Of a stretch of DNA of 64,000 nt, positions 62,637 to 64,000 are shown one piece after another. The notes beneath the pieces were generated by a model. It was not told the DNA's origin, did no database searches, and saw only the letters and a list, made by a program, of their open reading frames with translations. A program made the translations under genes and the position numbers. This DNA comes from Alphaproteobacteria bacterium (GTDB taxonomy: Bacteria; Pseudomonadota; Alphaproteobacteria; UBA9219), in contig WRDR01000006.1 in the NCBI GenBank assembly GCA_009779745.1, forward strand, positions 3,469 through 67,468. The letters are read 5' to 3'. The first letter of the stretch is position 1, and each line of letters starts with the position of its first letter.

Positions 62637-63596
62637 TTATCTTGTCTCGCCAAGCGCAGTAACATGGGCAGTAACGCTCTCGGCTAAAGCCTTAAGGTTA
62701 TATCCGCCTTCAAGAAAAGAAATAAGGCGGCCGTTGGCGTGCTTGTTTGCCAGAGCAACAAGATCGCGGGTTAGCGTCATGTAATCTTCTGTTTCCAAGT
62801 TTTGTGCGGACTTAGACTCATCTTTATGCGCATCAAAACCCGCGTTGATAATAATCAGTTCCGGACGCTCTTGTTCGATGCGGGGAAGGATTTTCTCTTT
62901 CCATGCCCGAAGCCAGTCTTCGCGCGAAGTATCCGGAGCCATGGGAACATTCAGGATATTTCCGCAGCCTGTCTCGTGTGCAAAGCCGGATTCCGGCCAT
63001 AATGGAAGCTGGTGAATGCTGATAGCGCATATGCTGGGGTCGTTTTCAAATATCTGATGCGTTCCGTTGCCGTGGTGGACGTCAAAATCCACGAACACTA
63101 CCTTTCCGATGCCATAGGTTTTTTGCGCATACCGCGCTGCAATGGCGGCATTGTTAAAAACGCAAAAGCCCATGGCCTTGTTCGTAAGAGCATGGTGTCC
63201 GGGCGGACGCGTAGCGCAAAAGGCTTTCGTGTCCGTCCCTTTCATTACAGCATCAACTGCCATGACCGCTGCGCCGGCGCAGCGCAAAAGAGCCTCTCCT
63301 GATTCAGGTGAAAGAGTCGTAACTTCGCCGTCATCATGGTCGGATACGATTTCGTTAACTTCAATGTCTTGATACCCCTCTTTCGGGACCGAAGCGAAAA
63401 CAAAGTCAATATAGTCCTTTGTATGGACAAGTTCTATTGTTTCGCGTGATCCCGTCTGCATTTCAATGAAACGAAGATTCGGCAGGTTTTTTGCCTTTAA
63501 AGCGTCCATCACAACGGTTAAACGCTTTTTGTTCTCGGAATGCGCTACGCCCGGGTCGTGCTGTTCACAAGCTGGGTGATAAAAGCAGAGAGTCAT
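62637..63596 (-). CDS. histone deacetylase-family amidohydrolase (AcuC/HDAC-like)
   Basis: 'DFDVHHGNGTHQIF' and 'EGGYNL' motifs in a 319 aa ORF. Confidence 0.8.
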   Translation of the reverse strand: MTLCFYHPACEQHDPGVAHSENKKRLTVVMDALKAKNLPNLRFIEMQTGSRETIELVHTKDYIDFVFASVPKEGYQDIEVNEIVSDHDDGEVTTLSPESGEALLRCAGAAVMAVDAVMKGTDTKAFCATRPPGHHALTNKAMGFCVFNNAAIAARYAQKTYGIGKVVFVDFDVHHGNGTHQIFENDPSICAISIHQLPLWPESGFAHETGCGNILNVPMAPDTSREDWLRAWKEKILPRIEQERPELIIINAGFDAHKDESKSAQNLETEDYMTLTRDLVALANKHANGRLISFLEGGYNLKALAESVTAHVTALGETR

Positions 63597-64000
63597 TGTC
63601 TTTCTTTTCCTCCTGTGTACGAGTAGCCAGCGTAAAAGAATGGTTATGCACCGTCAAGGCGTTTTGCGACTCCATAAAGGATTCAATCAGGTTGGGTTTC
63701 GATTTTGCTGCGGCTTCGAGTGCCTCGCCGCATAAACAGCGCGGTACCATACGGTCATCGCCGTAGGACAAAGGCTCAAAACCAAGTTCCCGTATAACCG
63801 GCACAAGCGACTTTTTGGAATCTTTAGAAATCGTTATATCAGTATGCCCTGTCCAGCCTTTTGCCGCTTGGATTTGTATTTGTTTTTCAAGCATGGCAGC
63901 GGCAGTTTCCTTGCCGCACCCATTGGGAACGAAAGTTTCAACATGCATACCGCTGACAAGCCTGAAAGTTGAATAGCTGCGATAAGCAATGCTCTTTGCA
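63565..64000 (-). CDS. hypothetical protein. The 5' end is outside the window, and the frame stays open upstream of the Met at 63948
   Basis: Reading frame is open to the window edge. No confident family. Confidence 0.35.
   Translation of the reverse strand, partial: AKSIAYRSYSTFRLVSGMHVETFVPNGCGKETAAAMLEKQIQIQAAKGWTGHTDITISKDSKKSLVPVIRELGFEPLSYGDDRMVPRCLCGEALEAAAKSKPNLIESFMESQNALTVHNHSFTLATRTQEEKKDNDSLLLSPSL

Overview
This 64-kb window is densely coding bacterial chromosome at about 43% GC. Most genes are housekeeping: engB, recX-like, glmM, cmk, rpsA, ppiB, lpxD, metG, pepP, der, secA, mrdA-mreD-mreC, parB-parA-rsmG-mnmG, rho, dgkA-eptA, ispE, purA, ymdB-like, comM/yifB, dnaG and a tRNA-Leu(CAG).

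Several accessory features sit among them:
- An isolated three-gene VirB9-like / VirB10 / bitopic Pro-Ala-rich cluster whose order matches icmK(dotH)-icmE(dotG)-icmG(dotF) of Dot/Icm-type (IVB) secretion systems.
- A possible DotM/IcmP-like membrane protein sitting where mreB is normally found.
- Two paralogous glycine-rich proteins. One is a lipoprotein interrupted at a G10 homopolymer, a candidate for phase variation. The other carries four tandem Cys-rich modules and a leader hairpin that sequesters its Shine-Dalgarno sequence.
- A Pmp-like (GGA[ILV]/FxxN) autotransporter.
- An orphan type IV pilin.
- A patatin-like phospholipase next to radC.
- A partial N6-adenine DNA methyltransferase at the 5' window edge that the ORF track does not list.

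The window also contains many heptanucleotide tandem repeats. The TTTTCCA family builds the start codon and N-terminal 'MENGKWK' of two secreted proteins and lies in-frame inside rsmG. CTCTCCT lies in-frame inside a racemase gene. TACATTC and ACTCCAC-type heptamers sit at intergenic junctions. There are four copies of a roughly 100-150 bp MITE-like composite repeat with a Neisseria dRS3-like palindromic core (ATTCCCGCGAAGGCGGGAAT).

Gene content (type IV pilin, Dot/Icm-like order, an AcpXL-like ACP beside lpxD, cmk-rpsA linkage) is consistent with a Legionellales-like gammaproteobacterium. That is inference only. All calls are from reading the sequence and ORF translations, and no database search was run.
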